The notes under the pieces are model-generated. The model saw only the letters and a list, made by a program, of their open reading frames with translations. It was not told where the DNA came from and did no database searches. Position numbers and translations under genes: made by a program. A stretch of DNA of 64,000 nucleotides, taken from an uncultured Myxococcales bacterium (lineage in GTDB: Bacteria; Myxococcota_A; UBA9042). Where the stretch lies: contig CALENB010000329.1 of NCBI GenBank assembly GCA_937910235.1, forward strand, positions 871 to 64,870. Reading direction: 5' to 3'. Positions 59,230 to 64,000 of this stretch are shown here, in pieces (within the stretch, counting starts at the first letter, position 1; every line of letters starts with the position of its first letter).

Positions 59230-60129
59230 TCAAACCAACCATGGCGCGGGATCCATCTCGTCCTTCAAGAAGTCGAGAAAGGCGCGCAGCGTCGCGGAGA
59301 TGTGCTGGGCGGTGGGGTAGACGGCGTAGATCGTCGCGTCCGCCATGTGCCACTCAGGGAGCAGCCGCACCAGCGCGCCGCTGCGCAGATCTGCGGTGCA
59401 GATGACGTCGGGCAACGTCGCGAGGCCAAGGCCGGCCAGGGTCAGCTCGCGCGCCATGCCGAACTCATTGACGCAGACGTTGCCCCCGACTGTCACCCGC
59501 CGCACCTCGCTCGGGCCACGCAGCGCCAGGGTGGTGCGCAGCGTCTGCGAGCTGTGGAGCACAAACGCGTGACTGGCGAGCTGGTCTGGCTGTGTGGGGG
59601 CGCCGTGCGCGCTGAGGTAGGCCGGGGTGGCGACGATGAGCCGCTGGGTGACGCCGAGCTTGCGGGCGACGAGGCTGGAGTCCGGCAGCTGACTGGCCGC
59701 GCGCAGCGCCACGTCGAAGCCACCGGCGACGAGATCGACGACCATGCTCGACAGGTCCAACTCCACCTGAACATCGGGATAACGTCGCAAAAAGGCCGCA
59801 ATAATGGGCGATAAGACGCGGATGCCGAGATCGACCGGCGCGGTGACCCGCAACCGGCCCGTGGGCGAGACCTGACTTTGGGTCACCGCGCGCTCGGCCT
59901 GCGCGATGGCCAGCAGCACGGCAGCGCAGCGCACATGAAAGCTGGCGCCGACCTCCGTCAGGTGCAGCTGCCGAGTGGTGCGGTGCAGCAGGCGTACGCC
60001 GAGCCGCGCCTCGAGCGCGCTCACTTTGCGGCTCACCGTCGACTTGGGCATCTCGAGCTTCTTGGCCGCCGCCGTGAAGCTGCCGGTCTCGACGACCCGT
60101 GTGAAGATCAAGATCTCGTTCAGATCCAT
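59230..60129 (-). CDS. LysR-family transcriptional regulator (CrgA/DmlR-like)
   Basis: GSFTAAAKKLEMPKSTVSRKVSALEARLGVRLLHRTTR; GRLRVTAP; VDLVAGGFDVALR. Confidence 0.95.
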   Translation of the reverse strand: MDLNEILIFTRVVETGSFTAAAKKLEMPKSTVSRKVSALEARLGVRLLHRTTRQLHLTEVGASFHVRCAAVLLAIAQAERAVTQSQVSPTGRLRVTAPVDLGIRVLSPIIAAFLRRYPDVQVELDLSSMVVDLVAGGFDVALRAASQLPDSSLVARKLGVTQRLIVATPAYLSAHGAPTQPDQLASHAFVLHSSQTLRTTLALRGPSEVRRVTVGGNVCVNEFGMARELTLAGLGLATLPDVICTADLRSGALVRLLPEWHMADATIYAVYPTAQHISATLRAFLDFLKDEMDPAPWLV

Positions 60130-60156
60130 GCGGCGCTCCGGGTGGTCGTCGCTGCG

Positions 60157-61599
60157 CTACGGACGAGGCGGCGGCGGGAAGGTGGCGTGATGCGCCTTCA
60201 CGTGGGCGACGACGTCGGCGTCCTCTGGCAACGACGTGCGCATCGGATGCATCTTCGCGCTGAAGCTCGCGGCGCCATCTGGCGGGTCGATCGTACCACG
60301 AAGCTCAAGATTCACCCGGCCCAGCTTGGCGCGCAGGCCGACGAGGCGCTCGACCTCAAACGTGCGACCACGCGGATCAGACGGCCCGCCAGCCTTGTCC
60401 TCGTCCGCGTGTTTTTTCACGTAGTAGGCGATCTGCCGCTGCGCGCTGCCCTGGTCGTAGGCCAAGCGATCGCGCAGGTCCGGGTCGAACCATCGCCCTC
60501 CAGCACCGCGACCAGCGCGGAGCCGCAGCTCGCCGAGCCACTTGCCCTTGTTGTAGCTGTCGAGCCGGTAGCCACGACCGAGGAACTCGGCGCGCATGGT
60601 CAGATCGGTGTCTTTCGCGCCCAGCACAAAGTCGATCTCGGGCACCTTCTCGCCGAGGAGATCGATCTCATCCCGGGTCAGCCACGTCATGGCGACGATG
60701 GCGTCGACCTTGCCGCGCAACGCCTTGACCGCCGCCTGAGCCGCTTCGACGGGCGGCGTCAGCGCGAATCCTTGCGCGGTGTACAGCACCTGACGGCGTG
60801 GCGGGCGTTTGGTGGAGAGGCCGAGAATTCCGACTCTGAGCGCGCCGATCTTCGTCAAGATCCAGGGCTGGAACACGGCGCTGCCGTCACGCACGCTCAC
60901 CGTGTTGGTGGCGACCAGCGCGATCCCGTGGCGCTTCGCCTCGCGCCGCAACGTCGCGACCTCGACGGCGAGCTCGGCGGGCGCGACGTTGAGCGCGAGC
61001 GTCTTCGCGCGCGCCAAACCGGCCAGATACACCGCGACGCGACTCGCCGCTTGGCCCGGCCCGTCGCTGCTGATGGCGGCGTCGGCGATCAGCGACCCGC
61101 CACAGTCGACGTGCGCTGCGGCCGCGTAGCGGGTGGCGCGCTCGTTGATCCAGCGCACGCGGCGGGCCAAGCCACCGAGCGGGTTGCGATGACAGCCACA
61201 GTCGACCAGCTCACCCATGTTGTTGGCGCTAAAAAACAGCGCGATCTCGCCCGTCGCCGCGGGCGCCTCACCGGCCGGATTGGCGGTGGTGGGCTGCGGT
61301 GGCGTCGGGAGCGCGGGCGACGCCGCGGTCGCCTGCAGCTCCGATTTTGCGGTCTTTTCTGCGCGGGCGGTGGGCGCTGTGGGCGCCGTGGGCGCGGTGG
61401 GCGCCGCTGGTGTCGGCGCTGACGGCGACGCCGCGTGCCTCGGTGGGGGTGTCGCCGTGGTCGCGGCCGTTGGAGTCGCCGTGGTCGCGCCGGTCGGCCC
61501 AGGCTTGGCACCTCGCTCGCCGAGCAGCAGCAGCCCGAAGACGGCGAGACCGAGCAGGGGAAAGACGATAGCGGGCCACTTCTTCGTGTTCACAGTCAC
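60157..61599 (-). CDS. Membrane-anchored UshA/5'-nucleotidase-N-like metallophosphoesterase-fold protein (CGC motif)
   Basis: N-terminal TM, PTA-repeat linker, GELVDCGC..NPLGGLARR, VDCGG, LVATN, RVGILGL, GKWLGEL. Confidence 0.75.
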   Translation of the reverse strand: MTVNTKKWPAIVFPLLGLAVFGLLLLGERGAKPGPTGATTATPTAATTATPPPRHAASPSAPTPAAPTAPTAPTAPTARAEKTAKSELQATAASPALPTPPQPTTANPAGEAPAATGEIALFFSANNMGELVDCGCHRNPLGGLARRVRWINERATRYAAAAHVDCGGSLIADAAISSDGPGQAASRVAVYLAGLARAKTLALNVAPAELAVEVATLRREAKRHGIALVATNTVSVRDGSAVFQPWILTKIGALRVGILGLSTKRPPRRQVLYTAQGFALTPPVEAAQAAVKALRGKVDAIVAMTWLTRDEIDLLGEKVPEIDFVLGAKDTDLTMRAEFLGRGYRLDSYNKGKWLGELRLRAGRGAGGRWFDPDLRDRLAYDQGSAQRQIAYYVKKHADEDKAGGPSDPRGRTFEVERLVGLRAKLGRVNLELRGTIDPPDGAASFSAKMHPMRTSLPEDADVVAHVKAHHATFPPPPRP

Positions 61600-61662
61600 C
61601 TCCGCGTCAATGAGAAGTCGACGACATAGCGCATTCGCCCACGCGGCTCAATTCCCAGCTGG

Positions 61663-62811
61663 CTACAGCCGCGGCAGCTTGCGTAACAGGGCCGAGGCGC
61701 CTTCAGAGACCTGCCAGATCGTGTCTGTGCCATAGGCGATCGCTTCGCCCTGGACTTCGTCGGCGACCTTCACCTGATGCCACGGCGCGCCGCTCAACGC
61801 GGCCAACCCAGCGGCGCCTGGGCAGACCTCCCACGCCGTGTCGTGGGTTCGCAAGATCAGCGTATGTGCCACCGGATGCCAATCGGCCCCCGTCACCCGG
61901 CTGGCGTCACCGCCCATCTGCTTGGCGCGGTCGAAGGTCGTCTCGGCCTTGAGCGTCGCCGCGCCAGCGATGAAGGGCGCCGAGAACACGCTCAGTTTGG
62001 TGCTGCTCTTGGTGAACAGCCAGACGCGACCGCTCTCCTCCACGGCGAGGGCCTCGCTGTCGTGCGGCTTGTCGGGATACGTCAACGCCAACGTCTGGTA
62101 GGCGCCGATCGTGCTGGGTGCCTGGTTGGGGTTGGGCTCAATGACGCGATGGATATGCACGACCTTGCGTGACTTGCCGTTGTCGCCGGTGTCCGCGATG
62201 TAGAGGCAGCGCTTGCCCGGCGCTTGGCTGCCACACGGGCCGGCGGCGAGGTCTTCCCAGTCGCGTTGGCTGTCCGTCAGACCGGTAAGTTGCACCGTCG
62301 CTAGCTTGGCGCCCGTGCTGGCGCGCACGGCGTACAGTCGGCCTTCTTTGCCGTCGTTGTGGGTCCAGAGCACATCGGCATCGAAGCTGCTGACGGCCAA
62401 GCCGCTGGCTTCGTCGATCGGCGTGGGCAGCTTGGCCGCCTTCTCTGGCGCGCCCCATCCGCCGCAGAGGGGGGCGGCGGCGCCCGTGTCAGCGGCCGCG
62501 TCGCCGTCACCACCGGCAGTGGTCTCGGCGTCATGCGGCCCTGTTGCGTCGGTCGAACTTGTCACGTCGATCAACCCTGTCGCGTCGGTCACCCCTGTCG
62601 CGTCGGTCAACCCTGTCGCGTCGGTCACGTCCGCCCCACCGCCCGCGTCGTGTCCATCGGCGGCGCTGGAATCTGAGCCGGCGCTGTCGTGAGAGGCCGT
62701 CGCTTCGGCCTCGTTGGCCGTTGGTGTCGACCCGCTGCAGCCCTGCAAAAGCAAGCCCACCGCGGCGCAGCGCGCGATCCAACGACACCAGCCGCGGGTC
62801 CAGGTGGCCAT
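61663..62811 (-). CDS. Lipoprotein with beta-propeller (EASGL/WTHND/DWEDLA/YIADTGDN family)
   Basis: LQGC lipobox; 18-bp TDATG(L/V) repeat linker; HDSEAL and QGEAI motifs. Confidence 0.8.
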   Translation of the reverse strand: MATWTRGWCRWIARCAAVGLLLQGCSGSTPTANEAEATASHDSAGSDSSAADGHDAGGGADVTDATGLTDATGVTDATGLIDVTSSTDATGPHDAETTAGGDGDAAADTGAAAPLCGGWGAPEKAAKLPTPIDEASGLAVSSFDADVLWTHNDGKEGRLYAVRASTGAKLATVQLTGLTDSQRDWEDLAAGPCGSQAPGKRCLYIADTGDNGKSRKVVHIHRVIEPNPNQAPSTIGAYQTLALTYPDKPHDSEALAVEESGRVWLFTKSSTKLSVFSAPFIAGAATLKAETTFDRAKQMGGDASRVTGADWHPVAHTLILRTHDTAWEVCPGAAGLAALSGAPWHQVKVADEVQGEAIAYGTDTIWQVSEGASALLRKLPRL

Positions 62812-62812
62812 G

Positions 62813-63955
62813 CTACGGCGACTCCGGCAGACGCAGATCGATGACGAGCGGCAGGTGATCGAGCACCCAGCCCGCGCCGAGCTTCGACTTGCCTACGTCC
62901 AGCTGGGCGAGGCCCAACGCGTCAAGCTGTGGCTGGGTGAGGGTGGTGGTGTTCAGCACCATCGCGGCGACGACCTCGGCGACGCTGTCGCTCAGCAGCG
63001 CGCAGTCCAGACGATTTTGGTTGAACCCGCTGCCATCCCATCGCCAGGTCCAGGTCGCGTCGCCATCGCCGTTGTGGTGCGGTCGGATGTCGCGCAGCGG
63101 GGTGTCATCCCAGTCCGGCGCGGCGTCGGGGCCCCAGCTCGCTTCGTCGTTGATGTCGCCCGTCACCAGGGTGTGCAGCGGTCCAGGGCCGCCGACGAGG
63201 TTGAGATCTCCGATCAGCAGCAGGGGCGTCGCCGTGGGCAGCGGGTTGGGCAGCTTGCCGCCGCGCACGCGCTGAATCCACGCCGCGATGCTGTCGGCCT
63301 CTCGCTGCCGGCTCAGCTCACCGTCGCCGCAGCACGTCATGTGCGCGTTGATGAGATAGAGGTCTTTGGACCACAGACTCGCGGGCACATCGATCCACGT
63401 CAGGCTGATCTTGCGGCCGCTGTCGGGCGAGGTGGCGGATTGGTGGTGCACGACGGGGAAGCTGCTCACGGTCATCGTCGAGCCTCCATCCACCGCCGTC
63501 CACGTCGCGCCATTGGGCAGGGGCATGCGGCTGTTGAACCACGCCGCGACGGTCTCGGGCGGCGACCAGACCTCTTGCAGCGCCCACACGTCCGCGCCGA
63601 TCGCCTTCACCAGTCGCAGAAATCGCACGGCCTGGGGGTTATTGGGCTCAAAGGCGGAGTTCTTCTCGATGTTGTAGCTCGCCACCCGGATCACACCAGG
63701 ACCCCTCGCCGAGGTGAGCATCGTCACCGCGCCAGGCATGGCCACGGTTGGACCCGCGTCGTCCGCGTCGGTGCCAGCGTCGCCGAGGCTGTCGGTGTGA
63801 TTCGCGGTCGCGCCAGCGTCTAGATCTGCGCAGCCGCCGAGCCCGAGCGACCCGAGCGACCCGAGCAACCCGAGCACCAGCCAACCGGACAAGCCGCCGA
63901 GGCGCACCGGCGAGGTAGAATGTGGCGGAGGCTGGGCCGAGAGTCGACGGTTCAT
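62813..63955 (-). CDS. Endonuclease/exonuclease/phosphatase (EEP) family lipoprotein
   Basis: LGGC lipobox; ASYNIE, ALQEV, NAH, IGDLN, RLD, DHLPL motifs. Confidence 0.88.
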   Translation of the reverse strand: MNRRLSAQPPPHSTSPVRLGGLSGWLVLGLLGSLGSLGLGGCADLDAGATANHTDSLGDAGTDADDAGPTVAMPGAVTMLTSARGPGVIRVASYNIEKNSAFEPNNPQAVRFLRLVKAIGADVWALQEVWSPPETVAAWFNSRMPLPNGATWTAVDGGSTMTVSSFPVVHHQSATSPDSGRKISLTWIDVPASLWSKDLYLINAHMTCCGDGELSRQREADSIAAWIQRVRGGKLPNPLPTATPLLLIGDLNLVGGPGPLHTLVTGDINDEASWGPDAAPDWDDTPLRDIRPHHNGDGDATWTWRWDGSGFNQNRLDCALLSDSVAEVVAAMVLNTTTLTQPQLDALGLAQLDVGKSKLGAGWVLDHLPLVIDLRLPESP

Positions 63956-64000
63956 GATAGGAGGGTGGCACGGCGCCCCGCAACGGTGAAGCGTAGCGTC

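Noticed and set aside
61190-61205. Selenocysteine in the UshA-like CG(C/U) motif
   Set aside because: The codons are TGT-GGC-TGT, so this is a Cys homologue with no in-frame TGA.
2-63983. Long antisense and alternative-frame ORFs (e.g. 2-760+, 5496-8219+, 11976-13823+, 29100-31004-, 41804-43729+, 51099-53348+)
   Set aside because: These are shadow ORFs typical of high-GC DNA, lying opposite motif-supported genes and showing no recognisable domains.

Overview
High-GC bacterial DNA that looks like Myxococcota, inferred from its many Cys-rich CDDGNPCTxDxC-repeat lipoproteins with Asp/Ala-rich linkers. About half the window encodes secreted Cys-rich proteins: an NlpC/P60-headed protein running off the left edge, a 1496-aa TSP3/FG-GAP lipoprotein, two tandem ~3100-3200-codon paralogues with RCC1 heads, and an 1889-aa FGE-sulfatase-headed lipoprotein. 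Other genes include CHAD, two outer-membrane proteins, a degenerate acylphosphatase, a sensorless hybrid kinase, cardiolipin synthase, an SDR, a lower-GC ABC-ATPase/TOPRIM-like pair, GST, a double-length UvrA, a CotH-lectin fusion, LysR, an UshA-like protein and an EEP hydrolase. The stand-out feature is 55390-57205. There, an rRNA-operon-style promoter, a boxA-like element and an intrinsic terminator frame a ~1.55 kb purine-rich, tetraloop-rich sequence whose ends base-pair and which has no rRNA/tRNA signatures and no credible ORF. It is a candidate very large structured ncRNA. Three reading frames are broken by in-frame TAG codons, and an 8-bp tandem duplication frameshifts one giant gene. 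All calls come from motif reading by eye; no database searches were run.
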